Below are positions 49,356 through 59,548 of a DNA stretch of 64,000 nucleotides, piece by piece (the stretch's first letter is position 1; each line of letters opens with the position of its first letter). The notes below the pieces were generated by a model that was not told where the DNA came from, did no database searches, and saw only the letters and a list, made by a program, of their open reading frames with translations. This stretch comes from Terriglobia bacterium (GTDB lineage: Bacteria > Acidobacteriota > Terriglobia > Acidiferrales > UBA7541), in NCBI GenBank assembly GCA_963695545.1, contig OY968796.1, positions 2,080,001 to 2,144,000 on the forward strand, given 5' to 3'. The position numbers and the translations under genes were made by a program.

Positions 49356-50755
49356 TGACGCCGACAGCCAAAGCCCACGTCCTCGTAATCGACGACGACG
49401 CGAACACTCTCGCGTCACTTTCGCGCGCATTTCGCCTTTCCGGCCACGAAGCCACCGTGTGCGATAGCGCCGCGCGCGCGCTTGATCTGGTTCGCGGCGC
49501 GCGCTTCGATCTGATTTTTTCCGACGTGGTGATGCCCGGCAAGGACGGCCTCTCGCTTCTTGAGGATTTAAAGCGCGAAGGCATCGCGACTCCGGTGATC
49601 CTGATCTCGGGGCAAGCCAACATCGAAATGGCTGTGCGCGCCACGCGCCTGGGCGCGCTCGATTTTCTCGAGAAGCCGATTTCCACCGACAAACTTCTCG
49701 TCACCGTAGAAAACGCGTTGAAGCTTTCGCGCCTCGAAAATGAAAATCGCGAACTGCGCGGCCGGCTCGGCCGTCACGAGCTTGTTTGGACCGGCCGCGC
49801 CATGCGGCAATTGATGGCGCAAATCGATCGCGTGGCCGCGAGCGAAACGCGCGTGGCCATCCTCGGCGAAACCGGCACGGGCAAGGAACTCGTCGCGCGC
49901 ACGCTGCACGATCGCAGCCCGCGCCACGCCGGGCCATTCATCACGCTCAATTGCGCCGCGGTGCCCGCCGAGCTGATCGAATCCGAACTTTTCGGACACG
50001 AAAAGGGATCGTTCACCGGCGCCACAGGGCGGCACATCGGAAAATTCGAGCAGGCCGCCGGCGGCACGCTTTTCCTCGATGAAATCGGAGACATGCCGCT
50101 CGCGATGCAGGCCAAGTTGCTGCGCGTGCTCGAGGAAGGCGAAATCGAACGCGTCGGCGGCGATCGACCGATCTCGGTGGATGTTCGCGTGGTGGTGGCC
50201 ACGCATCGCGATCTTGAAGACGCCGTTCGCCACAACGCGTTTCGCGCCGATCTGTTTCACCGCGTCTACGTTTTCCCGATTCATTTGCCGCCGCTTCGCG
50301 AGCGCCCGGAAGATATTCCCGCGCTCGCGGCTCATTTCGCGAAGCAAATCGCCGCGCAAAATGGCTGGAAAGCGAAAACGTTCGACGCCGCGGCGCTCGA
50401 CGGTTTGGCGCGCTACGCCTGGCCCGGCAACGTGCGTGAGCTGCGCAACGTGATCGAGCGCTTGCTGCTCATCTCCGACGGCGACACCGTCACTGCGGCC
50501 GACCTCGAGCAAGCGCTGCCGGCCGCGGACTCCGCTCCCGCGTCTGGCGGCGCACCTGCTGCGGTAGTCGCTCGCGCGGGCACGCTTGCGGAGCGTGTGG
50601 AAGCCTTCGAGCGCGCGCTGCTGATCGACGAGCTCGCTCGCCACAACCATCACATGACCAACACCGCGAAAGCACTCGGCCTCGAACGCAGCCACCTCTA
50701 TAAGAAATGCCAGCAACTCGGTATCGACCTCCGCTCGCTCCGCAAATCGGACTAG
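49352..50755 (+). CDS. Sigma54-dependent response regulator, NtrX/NtrC-like
   Basis: Receiver DVVMPG, GETGTGKE, ESELFGHEKGSFTGA, WPGNVRELRN, Fis-type HTH. Confidence 0.95.
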   Translation: MMTPTAKAHVLVIDDDANTLASLSRAFRLSGHEATVCDSAARALDLVRGARFDLIFSDVVMPGKDGLSLLEDLKREGIATPVILISGQANIEMAVRATRLGALDFLEKPISTDKLLVTVENALKLSRLENENRELRGRLGRHELVWTGRAMRQLMAQIDRVAASETRVAILGETGTGKELVARTLHDRSPRHAGPFITLNCAAVPAELIESELFGHEKGSFTGATGRHIGKFEQAAGGTLFLDEIGDMPLAMQAKLLRVLEEGEIERVGGDRPISVDVRVVVATHRDLEDAVRHNAFRADLFHRVYVFPIHLPPLRERPEDIPALAAHFAKQIAAQNGWKAKTFDAAALDGLARYAWPGNVRELRNVIERLLLISDGDTVTAADLEQALPAADSAPASGGAPAAVVARAGTLAERVEAFERALLIDELARHNHHMTNTAKALGLERSHLYKKCQQLGIDLRSLRKSD

Positions 50756-50844
50756 CGGAACGCTCGCGCGCCTCCCGCATATCAAACCGGTATCGTGCCA
50801 ACTTTATTCTCGACCTGCGATCCTGAGAGGCGTAGAGTCGGCGC

Positions 50845-51051
50845 ATGATCCAGGCCATCTATAAAGGCATCGAAATCGAAATGGAGATGCATCAACTGAT
50901 GCACGGCTACTGGAAGTGCGATTTCACGTTGATCAAGCACCCACAAGGAACCCGAACGCTGCATCACGGCGATCAGGAATTTCCCACCATGGACCTGGCC
51001 AAAGAATTCGCGCTGCAAGAAGCGCACTACGCAATTGACCATCCGCAATAG
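50845..51051 (+). CDS. Small hypothetical protein (68 aa)
   Basis: Protein-like composition and codon use; fills the gap between genes. Confidence 0.6.
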   Translation: MIQAIYKGIEIEMEMHQLMHGYWKCDFTLIKHPQGTRTLHHGDQEFPTMDLAKEFALQEAHYAIDHPQ

Positions 51052-51058
51052 CTCCGCA

Positions 51059-52315
51059 TCACAACGATCCTAAGAACGCGTACAACAGACTCTTCTGCGC
51101 GGGCGTAAGCTGATTGAACTTCGCCGCTTCTCCCGCGGCTTCGCCGGCGTGCCGTCCGATTGCGTCCGCATAGGTGGCCGACTGCGCGTCGTGCATGAGC
51201 TGCGTGCGCGTGCGCAGACCCCACAGCGGCATGGTGCGCAGCTTGTACTGGGTATCCGCCGGCCCGTTTTGCACGATGCCGTCGCCGGTCCCGATGTCGT
51301 GCAACAGATAGTCGCCGAACGGATGGATTTGTTTGCCGCCGAGCGCTTCGGGAACAATGAAGGTGCCGCCGTGGATGGGAGTTCCGGCTTCCGCCGTCAG
51401 CAGAGTTTCCACATGGCAATTGTTGCAGCCAATTTGCTCGAAGATGGCTTGCCCTTGCATCACGGCCAGGGTTATCGGGCCGCGCGGCGGAACCTTGCTC
51501 GCGCGCATGAACGCCGCAAATTGATCGATGTCGTTCCCGGTGTCGTTCGGCGTGGTCAACCCGGACGACGGTTCGCATACCGCGGTCGATTCGTCGGGGA
51601 AGAGGCGATTGGTTACGCCGATTTCGTTTACGTAGGCGTCCCCGGAGAATGACAGCAGGCTGGCGTGCTGATCCTTCCATCCGAATTTGCCGATCTCTGT
51701 GATGCCGTTGGCCTCAAGCACGGGCACCTCGATGGCCTCGCCATGATTGCTCGCCGCGAGCGCGAGAAACGTGCTGTCCGGCACCGCTTCGACGAAGCCA
51801 TCGCCCAACACGCTCAAGGAAAGCCGCGATGCGCGAATGTTGTCGGCGTCCGTCAAGTGCTCGACGGCGTCGGCGCAAATGGCGCGCTGATTAATCAAAG
51901 AGCGATCCGCTATCGGAGTGCCGTTGGCGGTGATCGCCGTGGCGGCAACGAAAGTTCCCGTGCTGCCATTCGTATCGAAAGGATGCCGGCGCGATACGAA
52001 CCAGGACGGCCTGCTGCCATCGTTGTGACCCGCCCTGAATTCCAGCACCTGACTTGCGCCGCCGATCGCCACGCTCTGATGGCAGTCCAAACAGGAAACC
52101 GAGTTGTAAACGGGGCCAAGTCCGTCCGGCGTCGGTTGGTCGATCTCGGAAAAAGTTGCCACGTCCGCGTCCATCTCCGTCTGCGCGATCGATCCGTTTG
52201 TCAGTCCGTCGAATCCCGCGGGAGCTTCCGGAGCCGGTTGGTCGCCCAAGAGCATTCCGATTCCGACCGTCGCACATGTAGCGAGCATCGCCGTGGAGAA
52301 TAAGGTGCGTTTCAT
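51059..52315 (-). CDS. Secreted di-heme oxidoreductase (DHOR-like)
   Basis: GLGPVYN..SCLDCH, GKFGWK, IGCNNCH, LLHDIG, RTMPLWG, LMHD; start at ATG 52315. Confidence 0.88.
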   Translation of the reverse strand: MKRTLFSTAMLATCATVGIGMLLGDQPAPEAPAGFDGLTNGSIAQTEMDADVATFSEIDQPTPDGLGPVYNSVSCLDCHQSVAIGGASQVLEFRAGHNDGSRPSWFVSRRHPFDTNGSTGTFVAATAITANGTPIADRSLINQRAICADAVEHLTDADNIRASRLSLSVLGDGFVEAVPDSTFLALAASNHGEAIEVPVLEANGITEIGKFGWKDQHASLLSFSGDAYVNEIGVTNRLFPDESTAVCEPSSGLTTPNDTGNDIDQFAAFMRASKVPPRGPITLAVMQGQAIFEQIGCNNCHVETLLTAEAGTPIHGGTFIVPEALGGKQIHPFGDYLLHDIGTGDGIVQNGPADTQYKLRTMPLWGLRTRTQLMHDAQSATYADAIGRHAGEAAGEAAKFNQLTPAQKSLLYAFLGSL

Positions 52316-52545
52316 AGACGTTCCCCCCGCGCCAAGGGCGGCGCTTAAGTGGGCGGAGTCTATGTTTGTGAAACATGCGCAGCAATTGACCATGAGGCCA
52401 GATTTGGTGCAGCACGGAGCGGCAGTTCGGCCGCAGGCGCTCGCGGTGATTTCGATTGCGAAGCTGTTGGCACGAAAGAACTGCGTGGCCGCGGAGGTCC
52501 CAGCCGGCAATGATCGAAAAAACAGATGCGCCCGGGACCGCGGCA

Positions 52546-52797
52546 CCCCCCTACCCCCGGGGTGTTTTTTGGAAGTGTTGATTCTGCACGACTTTAAGTC
52601 CTTTGCGCCAGAACTGGTGATTCTAAAAGGTTTAAAATGCGATTTTTCAGAAGTGTTGATTCTGGAAGAGTTGCGGGTGAAAACGCCACGCGCGGTGCGA
52701 ATCTTTTGCAGCGAGGGCGTGCGTTCGCGATTCATCAAGAAGCATAACACGGAACATACCATTGTGTCAACATATATCGACATGCTATTCGAATAGG
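52546..52797 (-). repeat. Dispersed ~250-bp element, copy B
   Basis: Inverted copy of 19801-20051; CTATTCGAATAG palindrome at 52785-52796; TTGACA(52770)-18 bp-TATGCT. Confidence 0.93.
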
Positions 52798-52915
52798 ATG
52801 GATAGAAAAGAACCAGTTTCTAAGCGAAGGTACAGGGATAGGCTGGCCGTTCCACCCGGAATGCCGGAGTTTTATTACGCCGCGACCGAGGCAGCGGGCG
52901 TGGATGGCGGCCGCA

Positions 52916-55291
52916 TCAATTTCCTGTGGGCGGAGGAGTTGCCGGGGGATGCGCCGGTGCGCCATCTGGTGGCGTGAAGGGCGCGTTAGCGGGAGGAGTC
53001 GCTGCCGGGGTAGACGAAGGCGACGATGGCGACGGGGCTGCTGCCGGTTGCGCGGCGGGGCGGAGGGCGAAATAGTTGCGGGCGAAGGCGGCCTGTTGGG
53101 TGCCGGCTTCGACGGCGACGGCTTGGAGCGTATAGCGGCCGGGGGCGATGCTGCTGAGCGGGAGGCTGATGCGGAAGGATGCGGCGCCGGTTTTGGGATC
53201 GACTTCGGCGGGCTCGACCATGGGCGTCTGATTCACGCGGGCGCCGTTGCGGAAAAAGACCAGGCCGGCGCGGAGGGCGCTTGGATCGGATTTTGCCGAG
53301 GGATACGCCTGGAAGAAAACGTACATCATCTGTTGATCGGTGAAGACGTTGGTGACGCTGGGAACGATGCGCTGGCCTTCGACGTCGAGCGGCGAGGATT
53401 GCAGGCGCGCGTCCTGGGCCAATGCTTGCGTTTTCACTTCGGATGTTTTCTGCACGGCTTCGAGCTGGCTTGAGAGCAGCACCGAACTCAATTGCAATTT
53501 ATCGGGCTGCGGCGCGGGCAGCGAAATATTTTCCTCGAATGTGCCGATGCGCCCGGATTCATTTTCACGCGCCAGGAATTTCAGGGTGTAGTTGCCGGGC
53601 GCGAGGACGAAGCCGCCTTGATAGAGCAGCGCTTGCTGCTGCACTTGGGCAAAGCGCGCGGTATCGAGTTGCACGGTGATGGTGTCGCGCAGAGCGCCGA
53701 CGACGCGAGTGGTGTTGGCCACGCGAATTTCGGCGGCAAAATCAAACACGGTTTGCCGCCGGCCGCTTTTCTGCGCCCATTGCAGCGCGCTCGAAGCCAG
53801 CTTCGCGGCGATGGGCACGAAAAATTGCTGGTCGTTCAAGCGAAACGCCGCGGTCTCGACGGCGACGGGCAGCTCGACCACCGGCGTTTCGGAATTCATG
53901 GCGTCTTCGAGCTGGCGCTCGCGGTCTTCGGTGGTATAGACGCCGAACTCTTTTTCGGCGTAGTAGCCTTGGCGATAGTGAATGTGGCTGCCGGCGGGCA
54001 ATCCGGACACGCTGACCTTTACGTTGCGCCAGCGGCCATCGCGCGCGCCGTCGGTGCTGTAGTAGCCCACCAGGTAATAGCCGGTGCCATCGTCTTGGAC
54101 GGCGCTAAAGGCTTCGCCGAAATCGCCGAGATCGAAGAACGATTTTCCGCCGGTGTCGGTCGCGAGCGTAGCCAATGTTTCGCGCGAATCCTCGCGCGAT
54201 TGCGTTTGCGTGTAAACGGCGTTGCCGTTGAACATCGCGGTGCCCGACGCGGCGCCGGAGGTGGCATCGCCGCCAGGAATTTCGGCGAGCAAGCCGCGCG
54301 CATCGATGGTGTAGATCGATACGTTCGAACGATTCGCGGCATCGGTTGCGGCGCGGAGCTGCGAGCGATTTTCCTCGCCGGTCTGCGTGATGCCTCCGGT
54401 GAAGTGCACGACGGACTTGCGGCCGGGGATGTCTTTCAAAATGTCGGCGACGGCTTCGATCGCGGCGAGCTTGCGATCGGTATTGAAGATGTTGAATTCG
54501 GTGTTGTCGGCGGTGAAGGCCGCGTCGGTGTCCTCGGTGGAAGTGAAATCGGTGGGCTGAGCCGCGGCGTCAGCGAGAGCGGCGAGTTGCGCATCGGCGC
54601 CGGGCTTGAGCGCGGCGAGCGCGCGCTCGAGGAACGCTTTATCGTTGGTGAGATCGGCGATCACGCTCAATTGATTGCCGAAGATCACGATGCCCACGAG
54701 ATCCGCCGGGCTCATTTGCGTGCGCACGAATTTATCGGAGGCCGCGATGGAGCGCAGCAATTGATCGGGTTCGAGGGAGCTCATATCGAAAAAGAGCACG
54801 GTGAGGCGGCGATCCTTCACTTGCTGCTGCAACTGCGCGGGCGGGGCCATGGCGCCGATGGAAATGGTGATGGGCGCGGTGTCCGCCGCGGCCGCGGTCT
54901 CGATTTTTTCGACGTCGAAATACTCGAAGGTGGAAACTTTCTGCTCTTTGCCGTCTTCGACCACGCGAAATTGATTTTGCGTCAGACCCTTGATCGGTTT
55001 GCCGTCGCGGTCAACCACCTGCACGTCGATCTGCACCAAATCGACGGATGAACGAATGATGCCTTTGCCGTTGGTCGAGAGCGGCCGCACGATCGGCGCC
55101 GCAGGCGCCTGGGTCGCGTTGATCGGGGGAGTTTGCGGCGCGCTCGCGGGGCTCTGAGAATTTTGAGTCTGCGAATTCTGCGCGCCGAGCGTCGCGGCGG
55201 CCAATACCGCAAGCGCCAGCGTGGCAAGTAACGCGGAGAAAATCGCCGCGAGTTTAGGTTGCCGTCGTCCGATCAATTTTTGTCGTCGCAT
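52916..55291 (-). CDS. VWA-domain protein, acidobacterial VWFA-related type
   Basis: IRSSVDLVQIDVQVVDRDGKP..GL....F.V.EDG..Q, FFDMSS, PGRKS, IYTIDARGL, LA.DTGG, YYLVGY; TGATG overlap with the upstream gene. Confidence 0.9.
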   Translation of the reverse strand: MRRQKLIGRRQPKLAAIFSALLATLALAVLAAATLGAQNSQTQNSQSPASAPQTPPINATQAPAAPIVRPLSTNGKGIIRSSVDLVQIDVQVVDRDGKPIKGLTQNQFRVVEDGKEQKVSTFEYFDVEKIETAAAADTAPITISIGAMAPPAQLQQQVKDRRLTVLFFDMSSLEPDQLLRSIAASDKFVRTQMSPADLVGIVIFGNQLSVIADLTNDKAFLERALAALKPGADAQLAALADAAAQPTDFTSTEDTDAAFTADNTEFNIFNTDRKLAAIEAVADILKDIPGRKSVVHFTGGITQTGEENRSQLRAATDAANRSNVSIYTIDARGLLAEIPGGDATSGAASGTAMFNGNAVYTQTQSREDSRETLATLATDTGGKSFFDLGDFGEAFSAVQDDGTGYYLVGYYSTDGARDGRWRNVKVSVSGLPAGSHIHYRQGYYAEKEFGVYTTEDRERQLEDAMNSETPVVELPVAVETAAFRLNDQQFFVPIAAKLASSALQWAQKSGRRQTVFDFAAEIRVANTTRVVGALRDTITVQLDTARFAQVQQQALLYQGGFVLAPGNYTLKFLARENESGRIGTFEENISLPAPQPDKLQLSSVLLSSQLEAVQKTSEVKTQALAQDARLQSSPLDVEGQRIVPSVTNVFTDQQMMYVFFQAYPSAKSDPSALRAGLVFFRNGARVNQTPMVEPAEVDPKTGAASFRISLPLSSIAPGRYTLQAVAVEAGTQQAAFARNYFALRPAAQPAAAPSPSSPSSTPAATPPANAPFTPPDGAPAHPPATPPPTGN

Positions 55292-58200
55292 CAGAAGTTC
55301 AACCGCGCCGTGAAGTTCATCGAGCGCATGGCTCCGGCGCTGAGCACGCGGCCGAACGTCGAGGAACCCACCACGGTGGAAAGCCCAGAGAAACTCGGTG
55401 TGTTCGTTAGGTTCGTGACGTTCCAAGCCAGGTCCACGCGGCGCAGACCGTCGCGCCCATACTGAATGCCGCGATTCACGCTGAAATTCGTGGTGAAGCC
55501 GCCGGGGCCGATGATGGTGTTGCGCGCGGCGTCGCCGATGCAGGTGCCGGTGGGCACGGTGAACGCCGCGGTGTTGAACCAATCGACCAGCGTGCGCTCG
55601 CTTGCGGGCAGCGCGGAATCGCCCGCTTGATTGGCGCGCTCGGAAAAATCGCCGGGCAGAATTTCGCACGAAGGATCGCTGACGCGCGCCGTGTAAGGCG
55701 TGCCGGTTTGCGCGCTGACGCTGCCGGAGATGCGCCAATCGCCGAAGGCGCGGCGCTTCCAGCCGCGCGTGAAGTAAGGCTCGCGATCGCCGAAGGGCAG
55801 CGCGTAGGAATAATTCAGTCGCAGCATGTTGCGCACATCGAAGGAAGAAAGTCCGCGCTCGGCCTCGAAATCGTTGATGTCCTGCACAATCACTTGCTGC
55901 CCGCCGCCGATGGTGCTGGCGTTATCGATGGATTTGCCGTAGGTGTACGTGCCGTTGATCATCAGGCCGTGCGTCATGCGCTTCTGCACGCGCACTTGAA
56001 GCGCATTGTAGATCGAATTCGCGCCGGAGGTGTCGTAGGTAAAGCCCTGGGTGTTGGCGACGGAAGTGGTATCTCCCGCCGTGCCGGCGTTTATGTTCGT
56101 GGCGCCGGAAAGTCCGAGCAGCATATCGAGATCGGTGCCCTTCGTGCCGGTGTAGGTGAGCACCAGCGAGATGTTCGTGGTCATTTGGCGCTCGGCGCTC
56201 AGGTTCCAGATTTGCGCGTAGCCGATTTTATAGTTCGGATTGACGGCCACGGTGTTCGGTACCACGGTGCTCGATTGCGTGGGAAATCCATCGGCGAGCG
56301 TTAGCGCGCTGGTCGTGCTGGCCTCGAGTGTGTCCGCGGTGGCAAACGGCGGCTGGTTGGCCATCTCCGTGGCCAGCTGATGGTAAATCGATTCGTTGTA
56401 GAAAATTCCGTATCCCGCGCGCACGGTGGTGCCGTGCTTGCCGGCGAGAAGCTTGTTCGTGGGGCGCCAGGCGATCCCGATGCGCGGCGAAAAATGGTTC
56501 CACTGTCCGCGCACCAGCGAAAGCGGGAACGTACCGTTGAACGGACCTGTTTGACCGGGGAGAACCAGCGCCACTTCGGTGAGCGCGGGATTCACATCGA
56601 GATCGGCGATGTGGTCGTAGGCTTCATCGGGCGGCGTGAAGGCTTCGTAGCGCAGGCCGTAGAGCACCGAGAAGTGCGCGTTCACGCGAAAATCGTCCTG
56701 CGCGTAGCCGATGAACGCCCAGTTGCGAAAATAAACCGAGGGCGTGCCGTAGCGAATGCTCGTGGCTTGCGGCAGGCCCAGAAGAAAATCGGCGAAGTCA
56801 TATCCCGTGCCGGCCACTTGTCCGCCGCTGCCGTTCGTCTGCGCGGTCAGCAGGCCGTCGAACGTGAACGAGCCATTGGGCGTGGGGTCCGCGAGCGAAT
56901 CCTGATCCACGCGGCGCATTTCATAGCCGATGGTGACGGTGTGTTTCGCTTTCAGGATCTGCAGACTGTTCACGAAGCGCCACGTCTGGCTGCGTTGCAG
57001 GGAAGCCGGAGGCGTGGTGATGCCGGTGAAATTCGTAAAGCTGATCGACGGCAAACCGTAGAACAGCGGAGTGGTCGAAATGCCGGTGATGCCCAGCGTT
57101 GCCGCGGCGTCATCCGTGTCTGAGAACAGATTGAGCGATTGAGAGCGGCTGCGCGTGAAATAAAGATTCGATGAGTTGATCAGTTCCTTCGTCAAATTTT
57201 GCGTCAGGCCGAGCTGCACGCTTTGCCCGAGCGTATCCGTATTGCCCTCAAGCGAAGGGAAGTCGTCAAACGAGTGCGAATGCGTGTCGCTCAGGTTGTA
57301 GACCACATTCAAGCTGAGTTTCGGCGAAATCGTGTGGTTCACGCGCGCGTTGAAGCGGTCCGTGGCCGACGGCAGCAGCGTTTGAAACTCGAAATTGTCC
57401 GTCAAGCCCGGTAGATTCGCTTGCGGCACGAATTTCAGCAGCGCCGTCGCGATCGGATTGATCAAGCTCGCGCCGGTTGTCGGGCTCACGAGCTGGCTGC
57501 CCATCGCCATTCCCGCGGGGCATCCGGTCACCGGGTTCAGCGTCGGGCAGAAAAGTTGCGCGGGGGCGCCGGCGCCCATCGCGCCGGTTGAGACGTCGCT
57601 AAAATCTCCGCCGCGCTCGGCCATCGTCGGCACGGTCGAAAATTGATTCAGCGTGGAGCGCTGCCAGTTCGCCTCAAAATTCAAGTAGAAGAATGTTTTG
57701 TTGCGGCCGTTGTAAATGTGCGGGATCACCAGCGGTCCGCCGATGTTTCCGCCGAATTGCTCTTGCCACGACGGCAGCTTCGCTGTCTCCACGCCGGTCA
57801 GCGGATATGGGCGCGCGTTGAAAATGGAATTGCCGTACGTGTCGTAAAAACTGTAATGCATGCGATTGATGCGCTGCCGTAGTACGCGCTGCACGCCCCA
57901 CAGCGCGCCTACTCCTTGCGCGCCGCTGCTGCGGGCGCCGGCGCCGCCGCGCGCGCCACCACCACCTCCTCCGCGCCCGCCACCACCCCCGCCCCCGCCC
58001 CCGCCCCGGCCACCTCCTCCGCCGCCGTAACCTCCGCCCCCTCCACCGAATCCTCCGCCGCCCGGTCCACCGCCACCGGGGCCACCACCGGCCCCGCCGA
58101 AGCCCCCGGCGCCGCCGGCTCCTGCTCCTCCCGCGCCGCCAAACGCGCCTTGTCCCGATGCGTCGCCCGGACCTCCCGGCGCGCCCGTGTCACCAGTGCC

Positions 58201-59223
58201 CGGCCCGCTGCCGAAATTGCCTTGCCCTGCGCCGAACATATCGGGGCCGGTCGATCCCATCCCCACCGTGCCGGTCATCAGAAACGCATCGGACGAAGAA
58301 GCTTGCCCGAGCCCGCTCTGATCGGCTGGAGTCGCTCCGGCCTCGGCGCCGGTCTCGCCGCCGTTGTCTTGATTCTGGTTCTGCCCGTTCAGCCCAACTT
58401 GTTGGAATCCGCCGCGACGTCCCGCCCCGCCTCCGCCGGCGCCGCCGCCCGGCCCGTAGCCGCCGGGACGTCGCTGCGAATTGTTCGCGCTCGACGAATT
58501 GCTCGCGGTGGAATTAGACGCTGATTGCGTCGCAGAATTCGGCTTGCCGGCTGATTGCGAACTAGAGTTTGCGCCGGGCGCCGACGTTGCGGTGGATGTG
58601 GCGGTCGGCGGAGCGCTAGCCGCGCCGGACTTTTGCGCGTTCGTGCCGACGCCGGGCGCGCCGGCAGATGCGGCACTCGCAGCGGCCGCCGCGTTATTTT
58701 GCGCGTCGATCTCCGCGAGCGTGTCGATGGCCAGCGGCAAATCGATCGCCGCCGGATTCGGCGCGAGGTCAATTTCCTTCGTGAACTCCCCGAATCCTAA
58801 TTGCGAAGCCTCGATCCGATAATGCCCGGCCGCGAGCGGCGGCAGCACAAATTTGCCGTTCTCGTCCGTCCACGTGAGCCACGACCGCCCCGTCGAAACT
58901 TCGACCACACGCACCGTCGCGCCCGGAATGCCTGCGCCTGCGGCCGTGCGCACAAGCCCGCTGGCTTGAACGCCGCGCGCGGGTGTCGCTGCAGGCGCGG
59001 GGGACGGCGAAGCAGAGGACGGCGAAGGTTGCGCCGAAGATGGTGACGTGGGAGACGGCGAAGATGCGGATGAGGGTGGCGCAGGCGAAGCTGACGGCGG
59101 CGAAGTTTGTCCCTGCGCAGACTGCGCGCGCGCCTCAAGGCCAAATGAACAGGCGAGCGTCGCCAGGATCGCCCAGCGCGCAGCCCGCCGAAGCGCTGCG
59201 TCCCGCGCGCACCGGCGAAGCAT
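55291..59223 (-). CDS. Oar-like/TonB-dependent-receptor-like outer-membrane protein
   Basis: Carboxypeptidase-regulatory N-domain, QFGGNIGGP, FADFLLGLP, YAQDDFRV, FSPRIGIAW, C-terminal ARLNF. Start uncertain (59223-59346). Confidence 0.88.
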   Translation of the reverse strand: MLRRCARDAALRRAARWAILATLACSFGLEARAQSAQGQTSPPSASPAPPSSASSPSPTSPSSAQPSPSSASPSPAPAATPARGVQASGLVRTAAGAGIPGATVRVVEVSTGRSWLTWTDENGKFVLPPLAAGHYRIEASQLGFGEFTKEIDLAPNPAAIDLPLAIDTLAEIDAQNNAAAAASAASAGAPGVGTNAQKSGAASAPPTATSTATSAPGANSSSQSAGKPNSATQSASNSTASNSSSANNSQRRPGGYGPGGGAGGGGAGRRGGFQQVGLNGQNQNQDNGGETGAEAGATPADQSGLGQASSSDAFLMTGTVGMGSTGPDMFGAGQGNFGSGPGTGDTGAPGGPGDASGQGAFGGAGGAGAGGAGGFGGAGGGPGGGGPGGGGFGGGGGGYGGGGGGRGGGGGGGGGGRGGGGGGARGGAGARSSGAQGVGALWGVQRVLRQRINRMHYSFYDTYGNSIFNARPYPLTGVETAKLPSWQEQFGGNIGGPLVIPHIYNGRNKTFFYLNFEANWQRSTLNQFSTVPTMAERGGDFSDVSTGAMGAGAPAQLFCPTLNPVTGCPAGMAMGSQLVSPTTGASLINPIATALLKFVPQANLPGLTDNFEFQTLLPSATDRFNARVNHTISPKLSLNVVYNLSDTHSHSFDDFPSLEGNTDTLGQSVQLGLTQNLTKELINSSNLYFTRSRSQSLNLFSDTDDAAATLGITGISTTPLFYGLPSISFTNFTGITTPPASLQRSQTWRFVNSLQILKAKHTVTIGYEMRRVDQDSLADPTPNGSFTFDGLLTAQTNGSGGQVAGTGYDFADFLLGLPQATSIRYGTPSVYFRNWAFIGYAQDDFRVNAHFSVLYGLRYEAFTPPDEAYDHIADLDVNPALTEVALVLPGQTGPFNGTFPLSLVRGQWNHFSPRIGIAWRPTNKLLAGKHGTTVRAGYGIFYNESIYHQLATEMANQPPFATADTLEASTTSALTLADGFPTQSSTVVPNTVAVNPNYKIGYAQIWNLSAERQMTTNISLVLTYTGTKGTDLDMLLGLSGATNINAGTAGDTTSVANTQGFTYDTSGANSIYNALQVRVQKRMTHGLMINGTYTYGKSIDNASTIGGGQQVIVQDINDFEAERGLSSFDVRNMLRLNYSYALPFGDREPYFTRGWKRRAFGDWRISGSVSAQTGTPYTARVSDPSCEILPGDFSERANQAGDSALPASERTLVDWFNTAAFTVPTGTCIGDAARNTIIGPGGFTTNFSVNRGIQYGRDGLRRVDLAWNVTNLTNTPSFSGLSTVVGSSTFGRVLSAGAMRSMNFTARLNF
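57930..58150 (-). repeat. Poly-Gly low-complexity tract (GGN repeats)
   Basis: GGPGGGGPGGGGFGGGGGGYGGGGGGRGGGGGG... within the receptor. Confidence 0.9.
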
Positions 59224-59510
59224 CGCCCCTCGCGCCGATAACGCAAAGCGCGCCGTCAGAGATACCTCGGTGCCCTCTTTCAACTTTTGGTCCAACGAGC
59301 CGTCTCCCCTGCCGGTCGTTTCCGCGGGAGCGGAAGCCGCAGGCACCCATCGGCTCGAATCGTTTCTCTCTTCGCCAGCCTGTGAAACTTAGACGCGGCC
59401 TTGCCGATAAAGGTTACCGCGCGGCGTGCGCCAAGGGAACTGATCGCAAAACGCGGTTTGGCTGAGAGCGTGGCCCGAAATCGAAGTTAATCGATACCCT
59501 CCATCTCTGC

Positions 59511-59540
59511 TTGACATGCAACCATTCGGTTGCATATAAT
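59511..59540 (+). promoter_or_regulatory. Sigma70 promoter with overlapping palindromic operator
   Basis: TTGACA-18 bp-TATAAT; ATGCAACC-attc-GGTTGCAT at 59516-59535; ATG follows 8 nt later with no RBS. Confidence 0.88.
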
Positions 59541-59548
59541 CGACGCCC

